Source: Eledone cirrhosa
Taxonomy: Eukaryota
Reading direction: 5' to 3'
Length of the DNA: 64,000 nt
Assembly: GCA_964016885.1 (NCBI GenBank)
Contig: OZ024742.1
Span: forward strand, 268,522,001-268,586,000
In this document: positions 26,001 through 39,499 of the stretch, one piece after another
Numbering within the stretch: position 1 is the first letter of the stretch
Layout: each line of letters starts with the position of its first letter
Made by a program: the position numbers and the translations under genes
The notes under the pieces: model-generated
Told to the model about the DNA's origin: nothing
The model's database searches: none
The model's input: only the letters and a program-made list of their open reading frames with translations

Positions 26001-26872
26001 AATATATAAACAACCATCTGGTTGTGGAACCAACCAACCAACCGGAAATTTATAAATTCCTAAATTTATAAATTTATTATAATAAAGTGAAGTGAAAGCA
26101 ACTGGTGTGTGTGTTTCTTATTGGCAACATGACCCTTCCAAAGTATAACAATATCGGTTTCAACACATGTTTTCAGATAAAGAATCTTGCTAAACAAATT
26201 CATAAACTTTTATATATATATATATGTATACTTGTGCGTACATACATGCATGCATATATATGTATACACACCTGTATGGATGTGTGTGTGTAGATGTGTG
26301 AGTGTCTGAGGATGTAGGTGTGCGTGTATGTACAATTCAACCAGCATAAACCTTTTATTTCTAAATTTTCTAAACTATCTAAGGTTTGGACTCTAACCAT
26401 TATATTAATTATTGCAACCCCACATTCTGTATGCGTGTATGTGTGTGTGTATGTGGGGGTGGGTGTGAGTGTAGTGTAAGCCAACCTACATAAGTCTTTT
26501 TATTTGTAAATTTTCTACTCCAACCATAAATTTCAGTAGCACCAATCCACATAAATTCCTCAATTCGAGAATGATCTGTAGTATCTATTTGATACTATTA
26601 ACCTTAATTGAATATATATCTGACCAGGAATGCCTTTTCTGAAAATCAGTCATATGGAACTATTGTCATCTTGCCTGACAGTTTGAACTTTACAAAACCA
26701 CCTGCCTCTTTGTGGTCAAATACCAACCCTACTACCATCTACAAACTGACCAATGAGAATCAAGACTATTCCTGCTGACAACATTAAATTATTCCTAACA
26801 AGCTCATATGTCCCAAGGCTCTGATACCATCAACACTATAAACACAGAGCTGGCATATCTAAGAACTGACTA

Positions 26873-26928
26873 ACTGCCTGATGAGGTCATAGCGATTTTA
26901 TGGCTATCATCGAAATATATATAGCAGT
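26873..26928 (+). ncRNA. Type I hammerhead in a Penelope pLTR ending at (TA)n
   Basis: actgc-CTGATGA-g...atagc/gctat...c-GAAA-tatata-TA-gcagt, then aaataaa. The palindromic stem III is typical of PLE minimal hammerheads. Confidence 0.85.
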
Positions 26929-26969
26929 AAATAAAGGATTATGAGTTCATGCAATTGACTTATGTTTCG

Positions 26970-27036
<67 letters not shown>

Positions 27037-28091
27037 GGAAGATGGACATTGTTTGGTGTTCCCAACTTGCATGCTACACCGTTCATCCAGTTTTCATGAA
27101 ACCTCACACATATATAAAACTCAAGGCGTAGAGTGGAATAGGCTACGTGAAATTTTCGAAAAATTTATAATCGGGCCCTATGACAGAATGTTTTTCGATT
27201 CCAATGAAATTTTATGTGAATTCGAACACAAGAACTCTTAGTTTACATCTGGCGCAATAAAAATAAATTTCATATGCCCATATAAGGACGTGCGTTATTA
27301 ATTGGACGGCCAGCTGCATATCTTCCCAGCTGTCTCAGTAAACGACCGACCATTAAAGAGTTTATCTTTTTATATTCCACCTTATTCAAGTGGAAATACA
27401 GTATTATCCCTATCTGAAAAGGGAACCAAATTTAATGGTGTCTTTTGTGATGCTAAAAGCTGTGAGTAAATTTTCAAACAGTCTTAAATAATCATGCTTT
27501 TTTAAAAAAAAAATTACTAAATAATACGTTGACCAAGTTGTATCGTACACATACAAAGTTGTAAAAAATGTTACTTCCGTACCAATGTTTTCCTTTTTTA
27601 AACAAAAGATTCTAAAAAATTACTTAATTTATAATACAGTCTTTTGCACTGGAAGTGAGTAACTTTTCGGGTGTTTAAACGTAAGTTCACCAGGGTTTGT
27701 GTCTTCATTATTAGCCCACCTCTAATGGCATGTTTTGTTATGCTTACGACTAAATGTTATGAGCGTATTTGCAATTAATTGCGCACACGTGCACACCTGC
27801 ATGCAGATAGACACTGACAGCCAATAAAAAATCGATAACTTGCTTATTAAGATATCGGTCAAAAAGAGAGATTGAATGTACTTTAGAACATTTTTTGAAT
27901 ATATTGTTCTTTTTGGCATGATATGTCTGAAATATAGCTACTATACACTTTGGTTATTTTTTGTAACTAAAAAACGATTCCTTTTGGGTACTTAACGAGA
28001 AAAATCCTAGGGTTTTGGACAAGTTTGTTTCAGGCGCTGTATAGACGCCTATTTTGTCACACCTTGGTCATGAATTCGTATTCTTTTCCAA

Positions 28092-28350
28092 TAGATATTT
28101 TCCGCTCTATAAGGCCCACCAGGATATAAGGCGTATCATTTAAAATCAGGTCCGCGCACAGGGTGTAAGGCCAACCAGGAAAATGCTATCTTCTTTACTT
28201 TTAGTCTAGATCTATTACTTCTCTTAGAGCCGTGATAGATTACCATTGTATTATTTATACATAAGGCTCACCGGAGTATAAAGCGCAGAGCGGTTTTTTG
28301 ATTAAATTTAATTATTTTAAGTGCAATTTATAGACCGGAAAAATTCGGTA
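28092..28350. mobile_element. Tc1/mariner (pogo/Tc2-like) MITE nested in the Helitron
   Basis: Degenerate TIRs tattttccgctctataagg...ttatagaccggaaaaattcggta, with internal ataaggc(n)cacc repeats. Confidence 0.6.
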
Positions 28351-28472
28351 AGTTATTGTAATCATATTTCCAAACCTTCCCATTCACCAGTAACCATGCT
28401 AACGAATCTGGTGTCATCTCTCTCTGTATTTAATCACCTCTCTCTAACCTAACAGCTTCGTTACACGTCGTT

Positions 28473-28970
28473 ATGCCCACACGGAAACGTTCAAGACTTA
28501 CCTCCAAAAAAGGTACAGCTACTGCTTTGAGACAACGAATTAGGCGTTCTCAGGTATGAGTTCATTCACAATTGATTAATCCTTTATGCAATATTCTCTC
28601 TTCATGTTAACAAGTACTGCGTTTATCCTAACTGTCACCACTTTTAAGCAACTACAACATTCTAATCGTAGTTATATTAAATTTATTGTCTTACCTTGAT
28701 TCCCTTTTGTTCATGTTAGACTTTTCTCATTTACTATTGACACTGCCATTGGCTTAGCTAACCAGTAGAATTAATTAATTTTCTCTAGGAAACACCTGCT
28801 GAGCGCAAATCTCAACTCGCTGATAGATCTTTCCCGGCTGGTTGAGTCACCAACATCACGTACGACAAGGCTTGCTGATGTTCGCCTTCGTCGCCAACAA
28901 GCGCTGACGGAGGAATCACCAAAATCCTGCCAGACGAGGCTTGAGGCTGTGGCAAATGGCAATAGCCCTA
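28473..28970 (+). pseudogene. Spliced Helitron RepHel N-terminus with 23-aa STPR-like repeats
   Basis: Exon 1 (28473-28553) MPTRKRSRLTSKKGTATALRQRIRRSQ; GT..AG intron 28554-28788 with a gctaac branch point; exon 2 ETPAERKSQLADR, a frameshift, then ESPTSRTTRLADVRLRRQQALTE-ESPKSCQTRLEA. Confidence 0.72.
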
Positions 28971-29534
28971 GATACAATTTTGATCAACTTTTTTTCACCT
29001 ATAGCAAATTTACCGGGACAGGTCTTTAGCTACTCAAATCTACTTCAGAAATCACGCATTGATGTAAAAAATCAATAAAACTGAAGCGTGGCTCGACTTT
29101 GCGCCAAAAAACAAGGCAAAGTTACACATGGGAAAACTTTTTACAGGAACGTCCTATATTCTTGAAAACTGTCACAAAAGACTCGCCATTATGCCGCGGT
29201 TAAGATAAAGACCCTTTTAATTCTTCTTCTGCACATGTGAGTGCAAAAATTGTAAAAAAAAAAAACGCTGAAATTAATCGACATATTCACCCTGCTTTAA
29301 ATTAACTGAACATTCAATCTCAAGAGATTTTGACTTCTGTAAGTCGTGCAGAGAACAATTTGAACGATACACTGTATAACTACAATTAATAAATTACACA
29401 CCTGTGTCTACTAACCTATTTTTTTTCATTGAAGTTCGAAGTTTTGAACCTGTGATGCGCGGGACATAACTTTCACACATTCTAACAGACCAAAGGTCGA
29501 CTTACACCCGGGCAACGCCGGGTACTTCTGCTAG

Positions 29535-29569
<35 letters not shown>

Positions 29570-29581
29570 TTATATATAAAT

Positions 29582-29701
<120 letters not shown>

Positions 29702-29724
29702 TAGCAGAAGTACCCGGCGTTGTG

Positions 29725-29779
<55 letters not shown>

Positions 29780-30155
29780 GTATATGTATATGTATGTATG
29801 TGTGGATGAAGGTATGTGTGTATACTTAGGTGTAAGGGCACTAAATCCCTTTCTATCACGCTCCACTCTCCTACCCACCACAGGAAGATATGTGTATGTA
29901 TATTGCTTCCACCCCCTCACTGACCAGCAGCTGGCCAGTTGGCGATTGCTAAATCTGACCTTTATAAAATAACCCACACCCCAAATAACTTCTCATTCAC
30001 TACCAGAAAGGGACACAGCAGTCAACCTGTTGTTGCTACCTAGATGAAATCCCACAATGAAATCCCACTATGAAATCCCACAATGAATTTTATACTTGAA
30101 TTTTCAAATCTCAAATTTTAACTCTTCGTATTATTAATTTTTCTTAATATTAATC

Positions 30156-30203
30156 AACATTTGAAAAGATGGCTTTTGCAGACCCATCGAAACCGGTCAT
30201 TTT
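30156..30203 (+). ncRNA. Decayed PLE hammerhead
   Basis: aacat-tTGAaaA-gatgg...ccatc-GAAA-ccgg-TC-atttt, with two core substitutions. Lies in a 29790-30310 segment bounded by TA arrays. Confidence 0.6.
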
Positions 30204-30374
30204 TTATACCCTTTATTATTTCCTTACCTTATAAAATTATGTTTTTTCACAAAAAAGTATTCTGTCTCTTATATATTCCATGTGCCATTGCCAACCTCAA
30301 ACTTCTCTACATATATATATATATATATATATACATATATATATACATATATATATACATATATATATATATAT

Positions 30375-31878
<1,504 letters not shown>

Positions 31879-32134
31879 TAATTTTACATTATATATAGCC
31901 CTCAAAAATATATATGTCTTTTAGGAATTTGAACTCAGAACACAGAGCAAGAACGGAAATAGCAAGTTGTTCCATCCGATGCTTTATTATCTCTGCTAAT
32001 GCTTCGATGTACCCCATAGAATATTTGAAATACGAAAACGGGATGTGGTTTAGAAAAGAAAATCATATCATAAATACAAAGTGAATGGCGAATATGAAAT
32101 CAAGGAGAAGAATAGTGTGGTAGTTGGTTAAAAA

Positions 32135-32470
32135 ATGGGTTGTGATAATCATGAAGACGAGTATTGTGATGAGCAATCTACAGTCGTTGAAGATTATATT
32201 GTTGATGAATGCATAAGAAGGCGGATGAACATCATGCTAGTGATAATAAATGGAATGATGATGGTGGTTATGATGAAGGTGGTAATTGGAGTCTCGATGT
32301 TGATAAAAAGCATGGTGTTATGAATGACATTGATGAAGATAACGGCAATTATGATGTTGATGAGAATAATGATGATGAGTATGCTGATGATTCTGATAGG
32401 GATGTAGACGAGATGATGAATAGTATGAAAATAATGGTGAATATAATGGTAATGTCAACAATGATTGTGT

Positions 32471-32518
<48 letters not shown>

Positions 32519-33430
32519 CGATGATGATGATGACGATAATGAAGACGATGGCGATAATGACGATGATGATGGGGATTATGTTGATAGAGATGAGTGTGAT
32601 GGGGAGAAAGATGATTCCCATTGGAATGTGGATGATGACAAATATGACGATGAATTTGGTAGTGATGATGATTACGATACGAATGTGGATGATGACGATT
32701 ATGATAATAAGGATGATGACGATATTGATTATGTTGATGATGGTGAGGATGATAACGAAGATGATGATTGTGTCAGTGAAGTGAATGAAAGATAGAAAAC
32801 AATTGCTGTTTAGACAGTTTAATTGTCTGAGGTGTAAAGTAAGGAGATAAGGAGGTGGAAAATTGGAACTAGTTGAAGAGATTAGAAAGAACCATATACG
32901 TTGCTTACACTATACAGTTATTGTAGATCTTACAGTTGTTGAGTTGCTGGTGATAGTAATTTAGTTGTGCTGCTAGTGATCATGCCAGTATTTCAGGGAT
33001 GGTAATGGTGGTGATAGAAGAAGTAATATTTTAGTAGAGTGAGTGTTGTAATATGACTACTGGTATAATGTTGTTGATTATCATTCAGGTGAGAGGATTT
33101 TATCACGGTATTATAGTGGTAGTGATTACAATATTGTATTGATAGTAGTCGTTGCATTGTAGTAGTGGTGGCTACGGCTTTAGTGGTGTGCTGTTGTGGT
33201 AAATGTTGAGGTGGTATTAACGGTTAACGTTTTGATGTCAATATTCACAGCAATGAGAGTTGTTGTCGATGTAGTGGTTGGGCCTTTGGTGGTGTTAGTA
33301 ATGCTGATGATGCGTTGGTGTGTAAGATGGTTAGGTCATCTAATTAATGGTGGGTTAATTGCTTGTGATATTGTTAGTATTGTTTGTAATGTTGGCACCT
33401 TTTCGTGTTGCATTTATGATGGTATTTTTT
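32135..33430. repeat. Degenerate (GAT)n/(GTT/GGT)n low-complexity region
   Basis: Pure GAT run at ~32472-32530 within decayed trinucleotide repeats. Confidence 0.85.
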
Positions 33431-34895
33431 GAACATCGGTATATATTTATAAATTTTAAAATGTCTAACTAGGAGAAAGACGGATTTGTCAATTTCTCTT
33501 TCTATTACATTGTAATTTTCAGTGTCTCAGCAACGTATTTGGACTTGTTTCAGTTTGGTTATCGGTTTCGATTGTAAATGGAACATTCCTGAAGTAAAAT
33601 TCATAAATCCATGACTCTATGAGAGAATCAGTGGTCATATAACGAGTTTTAACTGTATTAATCGAATGAGATGGCGATTCTCTTTAAAAGCACAGAAGAT
33701 ATGTTACAGAGGTTCTAAGAAACAATTACAGATCAACAAACATATAATCAAATACTGTAGTAAAAGAAATAACTGATTTCAGCAAAACGAGGCGTTTGAC
33801 AGCGTCAAATAATTCTTAATATATTGGCTAATATATAACTAGCGCTAATCCATACCAGCAACATCAAACTTGTGTTTGCCCCAGAAGAGCTTGCTCTGAA
33901 ATTGACGCGAAAAAGTTTTAGCGTTTCACAGATACATGCGTATACACTTAGCCCGATTCTCAAGGAGATTCAGCATGATACACTGTGTGACACGGTTCAG
34001 GGACAATTTTTACCAGCAACGTGGAATTAATTTTGCCTGCTCAAGAACACATGGTACTGAGGGCAATTGAATGCATGTCATTACCATCATGAGTCAGATA
34101 TTCCAGCCACTGACTTACTCACAATTGCACAATATCAAGCAGGCCGTGGACAACTTGCAATCATTTAAGCAGCGGAAATTTGGATATTAATGTCCGGGCA
34201 ACTCAGATAATAACAAGGTTAATTCATGACCAAATTTGGAAAGAATTAGCCAGTATTTTTCATATTTCGTTACAGTGCTATACATGTGATGTGGAAGAGA
34301 GAAATTACAATTTCTAAATAATTTATTCCTTGTTGTCTGTTGCTCGTGATAAAAAGTTTGAAACGTGAAGTACATGCTTTTATTTTATTTGATGCTGTGA
34401 ACATCTCTTTGTTCACACCCTGAATCTACTCACCATCTATTCGGCCTCTCTGTACTGCCTATTTTGAGAAATTAACGTGATGTGACAGGTTAATTTACTA
34501 CTAGAGTAGAATGCGTCAATGTCCCCCGACAGGATCACGTTAGATAATACGGAACACATCCTTGCAATGAAAGAAACTTCCGTTCCCTCATGAAAATGTA
34601 TTTATGACTGGCATATGCATTATGCAACTCGTGGTGCAGACTCCCGAAGTCCTAGAAACTTATCGACGATTTTTATCTATTCGAGACGGTCCACCTTAGT
34701 CTTGGAACTGTTCGTATTTGTCGTCGTTGTGGTATAAGTATAGGCATAACAATTTGGTCGCATTTCGAAGTGTCTAACTTTGTTAACTTTGTGTTCATCG
34801 TGGACGAAAATGTATGAAGCTTTCGCACCATTGTGTACTTTGTGATTGCTTCAAACAATTCGTTTGTTATCTGCCAAATTGCGGCTACAAATTCG

Positions 34896-34897
<2 letters not shown>

Positions 34898-34955
<58 letters not shown>

Positions 34956-35089
34956 GCGTGTGTGTGGGTGTGTGTGTGTGTGTATGGGTGTGTGTGTGCA
35001 TGTGTGTGTGTATGCGCGTGCGTGTGTGTGTGCGTGCACGCGTATGTGTGTACGTGTATGTGTGTGTGTATGTGTGTCTGTGTGTGTGT
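34898..35089. repeat. (TA)n/(GT)n microsatellite
   Basis: Direct reading. Confidence 0.95.
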
Positions 35090-35174
35090 AAAAGGTAAAG
35101 AGAAATAAGAACACAATCGGAACAGTATACAGGAAAGAATATTTTAGGTTAACGCTTGAAATAGCAGGATGGAG

Positions 35175-35211
35175 GTCTTAACGTTTCGGATGTTTGTCCT
35201 TTATCAGAGGA
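35175..35211 (-). ncRNA. Decayed minimal hammerhead
   Basis: Minus strand: tcct-CTGATaA-agga-caaaca-tcc-GAAA-cgt-TA-agac. Confidence 0.5.
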
Positions 35212-35431
35212 AAGAATGAGAAATAAAATAGATTGTGGGGGCGGGTGGGTTGGATGTAGAAAAAAACGTCTTTAGATATAAATAACAGGTCCATTCATGG
35301 AGACATCTCTTACAAAAACTGTGAACGTATTCAGACGCCTCTGGTAGAATCCCCTAACTCCCTGAAAGCTTGGGTAATTGAATTATTATATTATGTTGTT
35401 TATTACACAGACACACACATATATATATATA

Positions 35432-35941
35432 ACATATTATTTTATTTAAGAATGAAAACAAAGGCAAGATATTTCACATATCTCATTCATTGTTTTACGA
35501 TCGTTTCGGAGGGTTAATGATATCGATGTATTGACTGATCTATAGCAGTTAATGAACTTTATATTATCAGATGTAATATATGGGTTCAATCATACTGTCT
35601 TCTGCTTGTTTCAGAAGAAGACGGTATGATCGAACCTGTATGTTATGTCTCATAGTATACATTTCTCTAACTGCCATAGTGCAGTCAATATATCGATATG
35701 ATAGACCCTCCGAAACGATCGTAAAACAATAAATAACATATGTCAAATAACTTGCCTTTTTTATCATTGTTGAATAAAATAATATGTAATATATCAGACT
35801 GTGTATCTGAAAGATTGACTAAGCGAACCAACTGACTAATACGGAACCAATTACTGGATCTCACTGAACTACATTCTAGCGGATTGCATTGAGTTCTAAC
35901 TACGGTATAGACCCTACCACGAAAGGTAGACCACATTAAAG

Positions 35942-35942
<1 letters not shown>
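35432..35942 (+). mobile_element. Solo PLE pLTR with a partial inverted copy, between TA arrays
   Basis: Inverted repeat 35432-35537 vs 35682-35787. Decayed hammerhead at 35607-35728: tgttt-CaGAAGA...accctcc-GAAA-cgatcg-TA-aaaca, then ataaa. Confidence 0.78.
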
Positions 35943-36036
<94 letters not shown>

Positions 36037-36189
36037 CAGGAGGCTGGACTGGTGTAAATCCTTGAAAGGTTTATTATACTATAATCATTTCATTGACCGG
36101 GTTCCATATGAATCCGGTGATATCATCATGTATTCGATATATATATATATATATATTTAAATGCGTGTGTGTGTTTATTTTTGTGTCTA

Positions 36190-36338
36190 GAAATTTGAAG
36201 ATGGCTATGATGTTTTTCCTAGCGCCATCGAGGTCATGGCCACACTTATTGTTCGATAGGGCCAGGGCCTCACCACCTTGGAGACCCCAATGGAAGGGCG
36301 GTAATATAAGTCTTAGCATTGAGAAAGTATATAACTTC
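36190..36338 (+). ncRNA. Possible decayed hammerhead with ~120-nt stem II
   Basis: gaaat-tTGAAGA-tggctatga...tcttagcattga-GAAA-gtata-TA-acttc; the segment is bounded by TA runs. Confidence 0.45.
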
Positions 36339-37369
36339 CACCAAATAGCTTACGTCTGCGCTATCGAATGATCACATTGACACATCGTTAACGTCCATGG
36401 TATATATATATACCCCGCCCCCACCCATATATATATATATATATATACATAAGTTGGCCTTCCTAAGAAACACATTTTGCGGCCTTCCATACAGGTCTTC
36501 ATTGATGATGGTCTAGAGCTACCGTTCAATAAGTGCTGTCATGTCCTCGATTACGCAAGGAAAAGGTTTATAATCATTTTCAAAAGTCTAGACATAAAAA
36601 TCGCCCTATGACCTACATTCACTAGCATGAACTTACTAGTTCTCACAGAGATACACGCATAAACAATTTCCCAAACCAAACAAAAATACATAGCCTTCAA
36701 CACAAGTACTCCTGTCACCCACTTAGAGTTATTATAATTATGGAAAATAATATTAGGAAGTGGATCCCTATACGTTCACCTACCAAACCATTTTCGATAG
36801 AGCAATCTCCCACTGTAGCATCACTCTAGTCAACAACGGGTTTGCAAGAAAAACAGACATTCCCTACTCTCTTAATCACCAACTTTGATGGAGCAACAAG
36901 AAAAATAGAAGTAGGATATATGTATGGTTTACACCTCGCTTATGACCTAACTTTCAAAAGAAAAGACGGAAGACTTCGTCGAGAGACGTTTCTTTTTGTG
37001 TTCCAAATGGCTGAATGGGCTGCGAAATGAGTCGCAATTGTCCTAAATTTGCGCTAATCTATTTTGAAGTTCATACTTTTTCGGCTTCATGCGCTTCCCT
37101 AGCCAGATACATTTTTAACATCCCAACTTCTTCCCAGCTTTCCACACTTGCATGTGAGACCCTTCATCGGCTTAGTCACTAACGGGTGGGTCATGAAATA
37201 GGTAGTATTTATTAACCCGATTCTTAACAATAGTTGTAGATTGCGCCTTGGTTTCTGTATGTGTGTGCGTATGTATTTTTGTGCTTTTCATGTCTACATA
37301 TGATTTACGTGCGTTTGGGTTTGTACCGCTTGCTGTTTTGCTGTTTCTGTCTTTATTCAGTCATTACGT

Positions 37370-38060
37370 TGCGGCTTGTTACTACTCGTCTTTTCTGTTC
37401 AGACTAGGAGTATCTTCTATCACATGACAGGGCTCCGTAATTTGTCAGAGTCTTGTGTTAGTTCTGAGTGGATAGGATCATTATTTCTATGTTATCTATT
37501 GAGCCCTGATAAACCTCTCTCCTTATGTTCTCACCAGTGTTCCTTTAATCTTTCTCTTATACTATGGTTAGTCTCTCCTATATATTTCGATGTCTTTTTT
37601 CTGCATCGACCATCTGTACATATGATGCTATAGACTGCATTTCTAGTTTTACAATTTATCTATAAGCTTATGTTACAGACAATACAGTTTTTAACAGTAC
37701 TTCGGTTTTTCCTAAATGGATATGTCCTACTGATCCGGGAATTTATGATACATCTTGTTTTTTCTATTACTTTAATCTTAATCTTCGTTTCTTCTAAGGC
37801 TCTTCTAAAACGATACTGGTTCGCTTCTCGTTATAGCATCGCCGAATATGACACTGGCTTTCATAACCTGAATTGGCCTTCCCTATCCTTTTCTTAGGTC
37901 TGTCTATGTTATTCCATAATTTGCTGCTGTATAGTTGGCAAATCCTATTCATATCATTCTATATAATGGTTTTGAATTTAGTCATGGCTAAAATAAAGTA
38001 CCATTGGAGCCGATTTAATCGACTTTCATTCCTTACAATGTTGTGGGCTCAAGGCCAACA
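37370..38060 (-). pseudogene. Penelope-like GIY-YIG fragment (same type as 25585)
   Basis: Minus strand INCKTRNAVYSIICTDGRC...KYIGETNHSIRERLKEH and QITE...PSLNRKDE. Confidence 0.8.
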
Positions 38061-38257
38061 ATATTGTGGGAAGGGAAATCAGAAACCATTATTTGTGTGA
38101 GTGGGTAAAAAGATATATATGTGTGCATATACTTATCGGCATCCGGAGAAACTGACCAATTGGTGTTGGTGGGATTGCTGATACTTATTTTTAGAGAGTG
38201 GCTATGTGTTCATTTACGCCATCTGATATCGATGATTGTTCGGGGAAAACTAAACAC

Positions 38258-38440
38258 TGGATTGGCAGTATCAGAAGAGAGCCAGAAATGATCCATTGCA
38301 GCATAGAGTTATGGCCATTTACGTTATGAAATCAAATCCCACCGAGGTTAACTTTGCCTTTCATCCTGTGTCGATAAAATATAGCACCTGTAATGTAATG
38401 AAATAATTTCTGGCCTTATGCTAAAAGTAGAAACAATTAT
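38258..38440 (+). mobile_element. Diverged tRNA-SINE
   Basis: ggattggcagtatc...tcaaatcccaccgaggttaactttgcctttcatcc...aagtagaaacaatta. Confidence 0.82.
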
Positions 38441-39499
38441 TGCTAAGAGACATAGTGAGTGAAGGGAGGGGAGAAAAGAAAATCTAAGTATCAGCTAGTA
38501 AATCAGGTGCATTCGATCTCTATCGTTGTAGTCATCGGTATGTCTCTGAGGGGTGCCAGCAATTTCGGCTGGTCTTTGATGTGTGCATATATGTGGTTTG
38601 TTAATGCTGTTATGATCAAGATAACCTACTTTCTTAACTTGGGTTAAGATTTATAGAGTAACAATTTACGAGTGAAACATACACTTAGACTGAATCCTTC
38701 GTGCTGTTTTAGAATGAAACGAAAATGTCCATCGAATAAGTAATACAATAAAACTTTCCTGCATCTTATAGATACCACAAAATCCGAAATACTGCATGAT
38801 AAAATTAATCTGATTAGCCTTCATTGAACCAAGAACATGGCATTGAACAGAAGATTCTTCCACCTGTTTCTGTTGGATGTATATTAGAAAAGTGAATATA
38901 AATATTCTCACATATTCTAAAGCAAAGAACTCTTTTATGTTGTTCAGCTACGCAAGCCCCAGTTGAACGAAAGGAGATTTCTTTGTTGTTAGACCTAATC
39001 TTATTCTTTAAAATAACATAGTGGATTATACTTTGCTGTCAATCGTATTAACACATCACTTAGATCGTTGGATTTCTCACCATACTAGTTTGAATTCATC
39101 GCAGAAATGATATTCAATATTGAAAACAAAATTATTTATATATTACTGCTTGCCGTACAATGCTGGTCTTTAATAGTTTCTGATATTCACCTGATTCAAT
39201 TTGTATTTAATCAACGACTCATGTTCTTTCAATTGCTCGCAATGTATCCATTTGTTCTTTAGTTTCACCTCCGAAGTTCATAGTAGCTCCTTGTATTAGA
39301 CCCTCAACCTTTTCTCGCGAGTCTCATTAACCGTCCCAACGTTTGATTTGGAATGTGGAATGGAGTGAAATTTAATTGTAAACTTTTATCTTTCAGTTCT
39401 CCAGGATTAAAATACACATAATGTAGGTGGATGTTGGCGACTTACATCCTCATGAAATTGACATATAAATAACTGAGCATTACCCACATGTATGCGTGT

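Larger units (their letters stand above)
25223..26210 (+). mobile_element. Penelope-like remnant with inverted pLTRs
   Basis: Inverted repeat 25223-25520 vs 25858-26154. 25585-25839 encodes HAKIEH...DAMFRQITEAINIKKLQPKLNRKHEW (GIY-YIG C-terminus). TA-rich flanks. Confidence 0.87.
27020..29534 (+). mobile_element. Non-autonomous Helitron inserted in (TA)n
   Basis: 3' end is a cccgg-gcaacg-ccggg hairpin plus tacttctg-CTAG|T (29507-34). The 5' tatataaagggaagatg...ccagttttcatgaaac resembles invertebrate Helitron 5' ends, so the boundary is approximate. Contains a RepHel-like N-terminal fragment. Confidence 0.75.

Noticed and set aside
32209-32784. 191-aa Asp/Met-rich ORF
   Set aside because: It is a translation of decayed (GAT)n repeats, with no domain or splice support.
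36089-36135. Minus-strand atgatga...gaac-ccgg-tc
   Set aside because: Possibly a decayed hammerhead, but both core halves are mutated and stem I does not pair.
36470-36900. FIDDG motif suggesting a Penelope RT fragment
   Set aside because: Too decayed to call without an alignment.
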